DNA from: Alphaproteobacteria bacterium
GTDB lineage: Bacteria > Pseudomonadota > Alphaproteobacteria > Micavibrionales > Micavibrionaceae
DNA length: 37,067 bases
Direction of reading: 5' to 3'
Assembly (NCBI GenBank): GCA_002701555.1
Contig: NZVS01000078.1
Location: forward strand, 1-37,067
Shown: positions 26,438 to 35,442 of the stretch, one piece after another
Position numbering within the stretch: position 1 is the first letter of the stretch
Layout: the number at the start of each line of letters is the position of its first letter
Program-made: the position numbers and the translations under genes
Notes under the pieces: generated by a model
What the model saw: the letters and a program-made list of their open reading frames with translations, nothing else
Told to the model about the DNA's origin: nothing
Databases searched by the model: none

Positions 26438-27643
26438 ATGAATATTCATGAATACCAAGCCAAAGACCTTTTGAAATCATACGGCGTTGCCGTGCCGGAT
26501 GGCAAGGTAGCCTTTACAGTAGATGAGGCTGTAAAAGCCGCGGAAAGCCTTCCGGGACCGCTATATGTGGTAAAAGCCCAGATACATGCTGGTGGACGCG
26601 GTGCCGGACACTTTAAGAATAATCCCGAAGGTAAGGGCGGGGTCAGGCTTTGCAAAACCCCTGATGAAGTGCGCGATGCTGCCGAGGCAATGCTGGGAAA
26701 TGTTCTGGTGACCAAGCAAACGGGTGAGGAAGGTAAGGAAGTTAAAAGACTCTACGTTACAGATGGCGTGGATATTTCTAAAGAATATTACTGTTCTATT
26801 CTGTTGGATCGTGCCAAGTCAGAACTAACCTTCGTGGTATCTACAGAAGGTGGTATGGATATTGAGGATGTAGCAGAAAAGACACCCGAAAAAATTATCA
26901 AAGTTGGTGTTGATCCCGTAACAGGGATGCAAGGGTTTCATGCACGCAAGCTTGCGTTTGCCCTTGGTCTTGAAGGCGCGGCATTGAAAAGCGCTATTAA
27001 ATTCTTTAATGCGCTTTATAAAACCTATGTTGAAACAGATGCTGATACAGTTGAAATCAACCCGATGATTGTCACTGACAAAAACGAGGTTATGGCCTTG
27101 GATGCAAAAGTATCTTTTGATGGCAATGCTTTATTCCGCCATCCAAAAATTGCTGAATTGCGTGATAAGGACGAAGAAGATGAAAAAGAACAGCAAGCCC
27201 ATGAGTATGACCTGTCTTATGTTGCTTTGGATGGTAACATTGGGTGTATGGTCAATGGTGCGGGGCTTGCGATGTCAACAATGGACATTATCAAATACTA
27301 TGGTGGCGAGCCTGCAAACTTCCTGGACGTTGGTGGAGGCGCCAATACTGAAAAAGTAACTGCCGCGTTCAAAATCATTTTATCGGATCCGAATGTTAAA
27401 GGTATTCTTGTAAATATCTTCGGCGGAATTATGAAATGTGACATTATTGCCGAAGGTGTGGTCGCTGCTGCTAAAGAAGTATCTTTGAGTGTACCTCTCG
27501 TCGTACGCCTTGAAGGTACTAACGTCGAAAAAGGGAAAGATATCCTGAACAATTCCGGCCTACCGATTATTGCTGCAGATGACTTGGGTGATGCTGCCCG
27601 TAAGATTGTTGATGCAACCAAAAAGCACGAAGCTGCGGCTTGA
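26438..27643 (+). CDS. sucC: Succinate--CoA ligase (ADP-forming) beta subunit
   Basis: [15 protein letters not shown]-grasp region and GGIMKCD motifs. 401 aa. AGGGGA SD. Confidence 0.97.
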   Translation: MNIHEYQAKDLLKSYGVAVPDGKVAFTVDEAVKAAESLPGPLYVVKAQIHAGGRGAGHFKNNPEGKGGVRLCKTPDEVRDAAEAMLGNVLVTKQTGEEGKEVKRLYVTDGVDISKEYYCSILLDRAKSELTFVVSTEGGMDIEDVAEKTPEKIIKVGVDPVTGMQGFHARKLAFALGLEGAALKSAIKFFNALYKTYVETDADTVEINPMIVTDKNEVMALDAKVSFDGNALFRHPKIAELRDKDEEDEKEQQAHEYDLSYVALDGNIGCMVNGAGLAMSTMDIIKYYGGEPANFLDVGGGANTEKVTAAFKIILSDPNVKGILVNIFGGIMKCDIIAEGVVAAAKEVSLSVPLVVRLEGTNVEKGKDILNNSGLPIIAADDLGDAARKIVDATKKHEAAA

Positions 27644-27655
27644 CACTGAAATTTT

Positions 27656-27692
27656 AAAAAAAGCGCGTCCAGATTTTGGCGCGCTTTTTTTT
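27656..27692. terminator. Bidirectional rho-independent terminator directly after sucC
   Basis: A7, GCGCG(t)CCA, loop GATTT, TGGCGCGC, T8. Lies between the convergent sucC (stop 27643) and the 491-aa gene (stop 27709). Confidence 0.85.
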
Positions 27693-27708
27693 GATTATAA
27701 GTGTTTTC

Positions 27709-29184
27709 CTACATAGTGAAAGTTACACTGTCGGCAGACACATATTTGGTTGCCTTGCGATAGGGTCGGAGATTATCCTGCGCGACTTCAAAACTTTCGG
27801 AAGGATATTCAACGCTGCCCGTTGGTACAAATTCACGGGGATTCCATTCGCTTAAATCCGGCATACGCTCATCAGTAAATCCCCAGCGTGTTCCCATACG
27901 CTCATAAAATTCTTCAACACTCAAATGAATTTGCGGCACACGAACTCTGCCATAGACAGGATCACCGTTACTGTTAGTACCAATTTGGCGCTCTTTCATC
28001 TTATAGCCGTCAAACTGGCGATCAGGCACGTAATAAGAGTGTCCGTCATGTGTTCTGATTAATTTTGTATGCTCGCCTCTACCATAAGCTTTGTCTTTTT
28101 TCATTTCGACAAGTTGCTCGTCATCGCCATCAATAACAAAGAAATATCTATTGCGATTACAAACCCCGCCTTCAAAAACATCGCACATATTATACGAAGC
28201 ATGACTTCTTAATCTCTTGAAAAACTCAACAGCACCGGAATCATTCGCGCCAAGGAAATGACCAATATAAGCATCTTTTGCTGTCAGATAATAATTTCCA
28301 TCTGCGTCCCGGTTCGGTGTGACCATTTCTCCATCATCAACAAGTTTCTGTAGTTTTTGTAGGCCCCTGATCGTATTGTGAATACCGATAACTGCACTCA
28401 TATATGGATCACGGAAAACACGTTTATGCATGGCTTGATATTCAGAGCTTTTTGAAGCACGCCCATAATCAGAGCCATGTTCTCTGAAAATTCTGTCAGC
28501 AGCAGCTCTTTCGTCGTCATAGCCGTAAAGATCCCCAGCTTCACGTAGAAGCTGTATTCCTGTACCAGCGATAAACTGGTTTAAACCTTCTGCCGAGCTG
28601 TAAGGTGAAGATTGTAGGGTTCCGAGCCTTGATTCCAAATTCCATTTTGAAATCAAGAAATCGAAGGGAACAGGGTTTGCGTAGTCATCATTACCCATAC
28701 TGGTGAGGTAGGCCTCGACAATGGCGAGATAATTTTCCTGAGGAACAACATAACCTTTATCTTCGCCAGCAAGGCGAGCATAAAACTTCCCGCGATTTAA
28801 ACCTGCAACTTGGAATTGTTCGCCAATTCTGACAGTTGTATTCCGCTGGGGGACAATCTGCTCAAGGTCGTCACATACATCTTGGTTCTTAATAATATAA
28901 TCTGATCTTTCACCATGATATACACCGCACACAAGTTCGCCCTCGACAGGATCAGGAATATCTACCCTTACAGTGTATCTTTCAGCATCTATATTTCCTG
29001 AACCAGCAATAGCGGCACAACTGCTGAATGCTGCTAAACCCAGCATCGCACCTTTTTGCGCTCTCGTTGTGTCTTCCCAAAGTTTTTGAAAAGGGCTTCT
29101 AGGGTCTCTCTTTATAACCCATCGGCCCTCCTGACCTTTTTCGGAGCTTGTTTCGGTTTGCATCTGAACTTTGTTTTCTGTCAT
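27709..29184 (-). CDS. SLT-type lytic transglycosylase domain protein with N-terminal membrane anchor and unknown flanking regions (491 aa)
   Basis: NLESRLG...SSAEGLNQFIAGTG...DPYMSAVIG...AYIGHFLGANDSGAVEFF matches the ES / S.A.GL.QF...T / YI.HFLGA.GA pattern of alphaproteobacterial SLT-like proteins. Hydrophobic segment GAMLGLAAFSSCAAIAG at about aa 45-61. GGGTGA SD-like sequence. Confidence 0.7.
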   Translation of the reverse strand: MTENKVQMQTETSSEKGQEGRWVIKRDPRSPFQKLWEDTTRAQKGAMLGLAAFSSCAAIAGSGNIDAERYTVRVDIPDPVEGELVCGVYHGERSDYIIKNQDVCDDLEQIVPQRNTTVRIGEQFQVAGLNRGKFYARLAGEDKGYVVPQENYLAIVEAYLTSMGNDDYANPVPFDFLISKWNLESRLGTLQSSPYSSAEGLNQFIAGTGIQLLREAGDLYGYDDERAAADRIFREHGSDYGRASKSSEYQAMHKRVFRDPYMSAVIGIHNTIRGLQKLQKLVDDGEMVTPNRDADGNYYLTAKDAYIGHFLGANDSGAVEFFKRLRSHASYNMCDVFEGGVCNRNRYFFVIDGDDEQLVEMKKDKAYGRGEHTKLIRTHDGHSYYVPDRQFDGYKMKERQIGTNSNGDPVYGRVRVPQIHLSVEEFYERMGTRWGFTDERMPDLSEWNPREFVPTGSVEYPSESFEVAQDNLRPYRKATKYVSADSVTFTM

Positions 29185-29232
29185 AAATCACCCATATTTA
29201 TTTATTATGGAAATATTTATACACCATTTTTA

Positions 29233-29261
29233 TTGACATAAGCAAGGATAAATTGAATTAT
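29233..29261 (+). promoter_or_regulatory. Putative sigma70 promoter for the 145-aa orphan (and possibly sucD)
   Basis: Perfect TTGACA, 17 nt, AATTAT. Lies about 65 nt upstream of the GGAGG SD. Confidence 0.35.
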
Positions 29262-29327
29262 CGTTTTGAACTGGCGCTTTAAATACGCTAGTCTGCATAA
29301 AAAGAAAATAATAAAATGGAGGTTTTT

Positions 29328-29765
29328 ATGGGATCGGTAACCCAGCTTAGAAAAGATAATCCTCAAGCACGTCGCGATGAAATGGCGCATGATGCCTTCA
29401 AGGCGATAGAGCGCGGTGGCAAATGTTATAAAGGTAACCCTTTTAATATCAATTTGACCTTAAGGCTTTCTTTTGAGGAAAGTGCCGCGCCTGAGGTGCC
29501 ACATGATATTACAAAATTATTCGGAAAAGTATGTGGCAAACTCGGTATTTACGGTGAGGTTGTCGGGTCTATTGGTAAACCAAGTGGAGAGCGCGACAGT
29601 TTTTCGCTGACCATAGAGAGTGATCAGGATACAATTGATAGCCTTATTCGGAAAACCGGACGCTCAACATTTCATGCGGATTGTGAGAATTTGGGGCTTG
29701 TAAATATATCCTCAAATGCTATGACTTATTCACGTCCGCGATATATTGCGGCAAATGATATCTAG
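29328..29765 (+). CDS. Orphan protein (145 aa)
   Basis: GGAGG lies 5 nt upstream of the ATG at 29328; the ATG at 29316 overlaps the SD. No domain recognised. sucD starts 28 nt downstream. Confidence 0.65.
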   Translation: MGSVTQLRKDNPQARRDEMAHDAFKAIERGGKCYKGNPFNINLTLRLSFEESAAPEVPHDITKLFGKVCGKLGIYGEVVGSIGKPSGERDSFSLTIESDQDTIDSLIRKTGRSTFHADCENLGLVNISSNAMTYSRPRYIAANDI

Positions 29766-29792
29766 CATAAAGTTTTAAGGAGTTATCTCACT

Positions 29793-30674
29793 ATGTCAGT
29801 TCTCGTTGATAAAAACACCAAAGTTATTTGTCAGGGCTTTACCGGCTCGCAAGGAACATTCCATTCCGAACAAGCGATGGAATACGGTACAAATATGGTT
29901 GGTGGTGTAACTCCTGGAAAAGGTGGGACAGAGCATCTCGGGTTACCTGTTTTCAACACTGTTGCCGAAGCAAAGGCGGAAACAGGCTGTAATGCATCTG
30001 TAATTTACGTGCCGCCTCCGTTCGCAGCAGACGCTATTATGGAAGCGATTGATGCTGAAATAGAACTGATTATCTGTATAACTGAAGGTATTCCTGTACA
30101 GGATATGATCAAAGTCAAAGCAGCTCTTGAGGGATCAAATTCACGCCTAGTCGGCCCTAATTGTCCGGGCGTAATTACCCCGGATGAGTGCAAGATCGGA
30201 ATTATGCCGGGCCACATCCACAAGCGTGGTAAGGTCGGAATCGTTTCACGTTCAGGAACGTTGACTTACGAAGCAGTAGCCCAGACCGCTGCTGTGGGAC
30301 TAGGTCAGTCAACATGTATCGGTATTGGCGGTGATCCGGTGAACGGCACAAACTTTATTGATTGTATCGAAATGTTTATGGATGATCCTGAAACAGAGGC
30401 CATATTGATGATTGGTGAAATCGGCGGAACAGCTGAAATTGAGGCTGCCGAATATTATGCATCCCTAGATACGAAAAAACCAATTGCCGGATTTATTGCT
30501 GGTGTTACAGCCCCTCCAGGAAAACGTATGGGTCACGCCGGTGCGATTATTGGTGGAGCAGAAGATACGGCTGAGGCCAAAACAAAGAAGATGCGCGAAT
30601 GTGGATTTATAGTTTCTGAAACGCCAGCCGGCCTTGGTGAAGCAGTTGCAGAAGCAATTAAAAAAGCCGCATAA
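29793..30674 (+). CDS. sucD: Succinate--CoA ligase alpha subunit
   Basis: Contains [17 protein letters not shown] and the phosphohistidine loop MGHAGAI. AAGGAG SD. Confidence 0.97.
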   Translation: MSVLVDKNTKVICQGFTGSQGTFHSEQAMEYGTNMVGGVTPGKGGTEHLGLPVFNTVAEAKAETGCNASVIYVPPPFAADAIMEAIDAEIELIICITEGIPVQDMIKVKAALEGSNSRLVGPNCPGVITPDECKIGIMPGHIHKRGKVGIVSRSGTLTYEAVAQTAAVGLGQSTCIGIGGDPVNGTNFIDCIEMFMDDPETEAILMIGEIGGTAEIEAAEYYASLDTKKPIAGFIAGVTAPPGKRMGHAGAIIGGAEDTAEAKTKKMRECGFIVSETPAGLGEAVAEAIKKAA

Positions 30675-30685
30675 GCAGTTTTTCT

Positions 30686-33238
30686 CTAAAGCTCAAGTAT
30701 ATCAATTTTTCCACTGGGGCTTTTTGTAAGCTTTGGTTTGTCTGTACTTGATGTGTTTTCCAAAGCAGCTGTTTTAAATTCAATTTGAGGCGCACTTGCC
30801 ATTTCTTCATTAGGTATCTGAAAGATAGATGAGTAACTGTCTTTTCCGAGGGTATCACTCCGCTCAGCGCAATATCTGTCAATTTCGGGGATTGCTTCCT
30901 CGTAATTACGAAGGGCGCTATCAACACCGTTTATATTTGAGTATTGCGGTGCTTCTTCGATAATTAGGTTTTTAAATTTATCATCAAAATCAATTTTACT
31001 GGATAGCTCTAAATGACTTGAAAGTCCGAAAGATCCATTCTTGGCAATTAGAATTGCGGACATGCGTCGCTTTGTGTTCTCGGAAATAAAGCCTTCAAGA
31101 AAATCTGTTTCTTCAATTTGTTTAACTAAGCCTACGGTCTCTGAGCCTGATATCGAGGATCTGGTCTTTTCAACTAAAAATATATTAATAAAATTTTCAA
31201 ATTGCTCTGCGATAGCAGGTCGACTTACAATTAAATTTTTAAAAGCACGTACATCGGTGAACTTTAGACCGTATTTAATGGGCTTAGGGTTTTGTAGATT
31301 TTGAATTATACCTTTTTCAAAAACTTGGAATAACAAATCTTTTGTAAATATGTCAGCTGAATCTTGCTTATCAAGCTCATTTGCAAGTTTTCCAAAAGGC
31401 ATATGGTCAAAACCACCTGTATCTATATCCAGAAAAAGCACTTTTCTGGCGCTATCCACCGTCATAGATTTGAACCATGTTAAAGGTTTAGTTTTTGACT
31501 GTGAAGTGGAACCAGTTAACACAGTTGATGCTTTTTTATCGTTCTCTTTAGCTTCTAGTGACCCTGAGCCATTCCCGTTTGGAAGTTCATATTCACTATC
31601 AAAAGAAATATAATTCGGACTTTCTTTTGTAGTAAGGCTATCAAGATAAGAATCTAACTGCTGCAGGGCTTGCATTTTTTCTTGTGCGCAAAAATAGTCA
31701 ACAAGCTGCTGGGGCAAGTAACCTTTATCTTCATTGCGAGCTATAAAATATGTTCGATTGGATGATTTTGAATTTTCTGTAATAGCATAGAATGAATCTT
31801 CAGGGTCAGCGCCGAATTGTTGTTCATGCACTACGAAATATTTCTTTAGGGCGTCCCGTTGCTTAGGTCTTTTCGTACAATCCTTATAAAGCCCCAACAT
31901 GTCATAAGCAGATATACCGCGATAGTCACTCAACGAAGTGTGCAACCTGCCCATAAGTTTGACACATAAATTGGTGAAATCCCTGCTTATGCCAATAGGA
32001 TTTTTTGTAGAAAATAATATTTCTTCATGATCTTCACGACCGTTAACCATTCCTATAAATTCAATGAGTTCCAAGCCCTTATGTTTAAGCAAAATAGCTG
32101 AAGACGTATCCTCGGCAATATATGCACAAAGCATACGCATCATGTTGGTTGAAAAAAATTGTGATTTAAATTCTGACTCTGGTGTTTCCAGATAAAGTTT
32201 CAGAGTAGTGGGCATATGCAGTTGGGGAACAGCGGACATGTTTTTCAGCCAGTCATCTTGAAGAATTTCTTTGTAAGTTTCCAAAGGTGCGGCCATATGC
32301 GGAAACTTGGCGGCTTCCAGAAGTAATTTTATTTTTTCTGCATGAGTAAGCGGGCCATCACTATATGAGTTTTCCCAGATGCGGTCAGTCGTAAATGCTT
32401 TGTTGACACAAATTTTGTCATTTTCGGACAAATTCAAAAATCCTGCTATATGCTCAGGAATGAAGAGCGCGGCATATCTATCATCCGCATTTTTCAATAA
32501 ATTGTAATACTCTTGGAAGTAATTAATGTCGACAGCTTCCTTAAGGGATTTTTGTAGCTTGTGTGCTGCTCGCTTTTCACCATCAAAAATGCGGGTCAAA
32601 AGATTACCCGTATCTATATGCCTTGCAACTGGTAGAAAATTTTCACGTAGCACAATGGCAGTTTTTTGGCTATGTGAGACATTAATAGGATCTTGCGAAT
32701 TTGACGTTAACTTTCTGGCTTCTTCAGCACGCTTTGCTGCACGCAATTTGTTACCATTTGAGATACGGGTATGCTCTGGGTCGTCCTCAATGGAAACTGC
32801 ATTGTTATTAATATCAAACCACCAGTTTCCTGTACCTTCAGCGGCATAAATATAATGCCTTTTCCCCAAGTCCTTAACAGCCTTTTCGTATTTATCGTCT
32901 TTAGGAATTGATGTTTCAAAATCCGTAATATGAAGGAGGGCTGTGTCAAAATCGCAGCGGCGGATATGTGTCATATGTTGGCCAATGACCGCTAAATCAC
33001 TTTCGTTATCTATAAATTCGCCTGTCTCGGAAGATAAATAGTGCTCTTTTATCGTCCATTGATCTTTAAGTGCGTCAATTTGAACGGCCTGGAAATATGT
33101 TACAGCATTATCAACACTTAATATTGCTGGTTTCGCCACAGAGCGCATAACCGCTTGCCCATATTCGTTTTTCTCGAACCAGAGCTGAAGGTCAAGGTCT
33201 ATAGTTTCGTCATATCCGTTATCAGGAGGCCAGCCCAT
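30686..33238 (-). CDS. Large orphan protein (850 aa), paralog of the upstream 509-aa gene over the first ~250-300 aa
   Basis: Uninterrupted 2.5-kb ORF. The ATG directly abuts the TAG stop of the upstream gene, with a G-rich SD (GGGGGGA) inside that gene's last codons. No TM segment, signal peptide or known catalytic motif seen. Confidence 0.8.
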   Translation of the reverse strand: MGWPPDNGYDETIDLDLQLWFEKNEYGQAVMRSVAKPAILSVDNAVTYFQAVQIDALKDQWTIKEHYLSSETGEFIDNESDLAVIGQHMTHIRRCDFDTALLHITDFETSIPKDDKYEKAVKDLGKRHYIYAAEGTGNWWFDINNNAVSIEDDPEHTRISNGNKLRAAKRAEEARKLTSNSQDPINVSHSQKTAIVLRENFLPVARHIDTGNLLTRIFDGEKRAAHKLQKSLKEAVDINYFQEYYNLLKNADDRYAALFIPEHIAGFLNLSENDKICVNKAFTTDRIWENSYSDGPLTHAEKIKLLLEAAKFPHMAAPLETYKEILQDDWLKNMSAVPQLHMPTTLKLYLETPESEFKSQFFSTNMMRMLCAYIAEDTSSAILLKHKGLELIEFIGMVNGREDHEEILFSTKNPIGISRDFTNLCVKLMGRLHTSLSDYRGISAYDMLGLYKDCTKRPKQRDALKKYFVVHEQQFGADPEDSFYAITENSKSSNRTYFIARNEDKGYLPQQLVDYFCAQEKMQALQQLDSYLDSLTTKESPNYISFDSEYELPNGNGSGSLEAKENDKKASTVLTGSTSQSKTKPLTWFKSMTVDSARKVLFLDIDTGGFDHMPFGKLANELDKQDSADIFTKDLLFQVFEKGIIQNLQNPKPIKYGLKFTDVRAFKNLIVSRPAIAEQFENFINIFLVEKTRSSISGSETVGLVKQIEETDFLEGFISENTKRRMSAILIAKNGSFGLSSHLELSSKIDFDDKFKNLIIEEAPQYSNINGVDSALRNYEEAIPEIDRYCAERSDTLGKDSYSSIFQIPNEEMASAPQIEFKTAALENTSSTDKPKLTKSPSGKIDILEL

Positions 33239-34768
33239 CTATCCCCCCATTCTCAGTTCAATATGCTTTTCACGTGTATCTGGAAATTTTGCCAGTTCCA
33301 TAACTTTTTCTTTTGGCAAGATACCTGGATTTTTGGCTAGGTTATCTGCCATAACTTCGCTTTCTTTTGCGTAAGTATATGCATCAAAACAACGCTCAAG
33401 TGTGTATTTTTCATCCTTAGATAAATTTTCTATACGTCCAGCTGATAAAATGAAATTTCCTAAATCTGCAGGAATATGCGGACACATTGCGAAGGTTTCT
33501 AGCGTTTTATTATCACTATTTCTGACAATACAACGGGCTATGCTTGTACTAATGTCATATGGCTTGCTTTCGTGCACGCCCTTTGCATGACAATTTTCAA
33601 CCAATTTGAAAAGAAGCGGCATATAGTTTTTGATATCGCTCTCTTTAATAATATTATCGAGTGCGTATTCGAGATAAGGGTCAAAAATATCAGTCGTTAG
33701 TCTTGGATCTTGTGAGATGATATTCATGAAATCAAGTTTCTCATGCGGCTCTAAACGAAAAGCAAATAAATTTTTGTCAATATCACTTTTATCAAAAACT
33801 GAGAGGTAGACTGGCATTTGTCCAGCCACTTTTAAAAGCTGATAGAAAAGTTGGCGGTCATCATCTTTCAGGGCCTTTTCTTTCAAAGACTTTATTTTCT
33901 TTGCTACGATCCGGGCATAGACCCCGTCCATTCCAAGTTTTGCAGCGATTTCCGAAAACTGGTTTATTTTACCATCTTTCATAAACTGATCTGTGAATTT
34001 TTCGATTTGGTAAACTACACTAAATTGGGATGTGGCAATTTTTCCATCATTTACCATCTCGCATAATTCGTAAAATCTTTCATAGTCCTCAGCCTCAATT
34101 GCTTCTTCCAACCCTTCTACCCACGCGGCTTTGCTCATTTGCTTCTCGCGGGTAAACATAGCCTTTAATTTCTCCCCCAAACTTGCTTTTTTGAAATCGG
34201 GTTCCAAAGAAACGGTATTGACATTGATAACAGCAGGGAAATTTTCGTGATTTTCCCTGTAACGTTGTTCAGCACGCATCAGGTCTTCTTCTGAATATTT
34301 GGCGTGATCCGGAATGCCATTTGAAATATCGATAAGCTTGTGGTTCTGACCCATCATCCAAAAGCCCGATGCCTCTGCCTGATAGAGCCAGTGCTCTTCT
34401 GCTAAATCCTCAACTGCATTTAGATATTTTTGGGAGGTAACATCACAGTGATACATTTCCTTATTATAAAGAAACAGGATGGCCCGACTAAAAGAATACT
34501 CCTCATCCTCAGTCATATGCTCCAAAACTCGACATAACTCATCGTTGGGCGTTTCTATATCACTTTCGAAGGTTTCTTTTACTTTAAAAGTCCTGTGTGT
34601 ATCGGAAACCATCTCGAAATAACTTTCGCGATCATCCAAATCCCAAGTATGGGGTGCCGATACAGTTCTGATTTTTTGTTTTTCCAGGCCGGAATGAACA
34701 GCCGGAACCTTCACAGTTTCTTTATTGTGAAAGGTCCTTTTAGGAGCGGGTAGGTTGCTAGTTACCAT
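33239..34768 (-). CDS. Orphan protein (509 aa), paralog of the 850-aa protein N-terminal region
   Basis: KYLNAVEDLAEEHWLYQAEASGFWMMGQNHKLIDISNGIPDH vs KYEKAVKDLGKRHYIYAAEGTGNWWFDINNNAVSIEDDPEH, and GLEEAIEAEDYERFYELCEMVND vs SLKEAVDINYFQEYYNLLKNADD. The first ATG is at 34768; the ORF-track start at 34786 is TTG. Confidence 0.8.
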   Translation of the reverse strand: MVTSNLPAPKRTFHNKETVKVPAVHSGLEKQKIRTVSAPHTWDLDDRESYFEMVSDTHRTFKVKETFESDIETPNDELCRVLEHMTEDEEYSFSRAILFLYNKEMYHCDVTSQKYLNAVEDLAEEHWLYQAEASGFWMMGQNHKLIDISNGIPDHAKYSEEDLMRAEQRYRENHENFPAVINVNTVSLEPDFKKASLGEKLKAMFTREKQMSKAAWVEGLEEAIEAEDYERFYELCEMVNDGKIATSQFSVVYQIEKFTDQFMKDGKINQFSEIAAKLGMDGVYARIVAKKIKSLKEKALKDDDRQLFYQLLKVAGQMPVYLSVFDKSDIDKNLFAFRLEPHEKLDFMNIISQDPRLTTDIFDPYLEYALDNIIKESDIKNYMPLLFKLVENCHAKGVHESKPYDISTSIARCIVRNSDNKTLETFAMCPHIPADLGNFILSAGRIENLSKDEKYTLERCFDAYTYAKESEVMADNLAKNPGILPKEKVMELAKFPDTREKHIELRMGG

Positions 34769-34777
34769 AATCAGGAT

Positions 34778-34806
34778 GTTATACAAATATAAACAAATTA
34801 TGTCAA
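34778..34806 (-). promoter_or_regulatory. Strong sigma70-like promoter for the 509/850-aa operon (near-leaderless)
   Basis: On the minus strand: TTGACA, 17 nt, TATAAC, 9 nt, ATG. No SD. Confidence 0.55.
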
Positions 34807-34819
34807 TATATTTTCGAGA

Positions 34820-34848
34820 TTGCAGGCTTGTGGCGGCGTTGCTATACT
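34820..34848 (+). promoter_or_regulatory. Divergent sigma70-like promoter for the 190/185-aa pair (predicted leaderless)
   Basis: TTGCAG, 17 nt, TATACT, 8 nt, ATG at 34857. No SD. Confidence 0.55.
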
Positions 34849-34856
34849 CTTATCCC

Positions 34857-35429
34857 ATGACACTGACCCTAAACGATTTGAAACCAGAAATCCGGCAAAT
34901 GGCTATTTGCCTACCCTACCGTGTGGGCTTATGGATGTCTCTTGCAGACGGGACTGGCGGCAATACATCTGATAAGGAAGAACAAAAGGCGTTGGAAACG
35001 CTTATAATGGCTTATTCAGAAGATTTTGTGAAATCCCAGTTTGTGCAAGCACTTATGGAAGAATGTATGAAGGAACGCGGGGATTGGGTTAATTGGGTTG
35101 AGGGTATTGAGAATGTTCCTAAAGAATGCCGTGATGTTGTGGCTGCTTTGGATGGAAAGCTGGAAAGAGGGGATCTGGAAGCTTTCAAAAGTAATCTCAT
35201 AGAAATTGGATATAACGTAGCATTAGCTTACCGCGAGTTTGATTACCGTTCCAGCCTATTGTCCAGAATGAATACGTACTGGGTTGTCTGGAAAGAACGA
35301 TTTTCCGCATTTATCAGTGGTAATGCTATGAAATCCAACGCAGAATTATTGAATATTTCGGCTCGCGAGCGCGAGGCATTGCGACAACTGGCCGAAAGTC
35401 TGGGCCGGGAAATCAGGGAAGCTGCCTGA
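34857..35429 (+). CDS. Orphan protein (190 aa), paralog of the next gene
   Basis: MTLTLNDLKPE...YRVGLWMSLADGTGG...NISAREREALRQLAESL parallels MTLKLSKFTPE...YKIGIWMSHADDAGE...NISPAEDNALSELANAL. Start set by paralog alignment and the abutting promoter. Confidence 0.75.
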   Translation: MTLTLNDLKPEIRQMAICLPYRVGLWMSLADGTGGNTSDKEEQKALETLIMAYSEDFVKSQFVQALMEECMKERGDWVNWVEGIENVPKECRDVVAALDGKLERGDLEAFKSNLIEIGYNVALAYREFDYRSSLLSRMNTYWVVWKERFSAFISGNAMKSNAELLNISAREREALRQLAESLGREIREAA

Positions 35430-35442
35430 GGGATATCTGACA

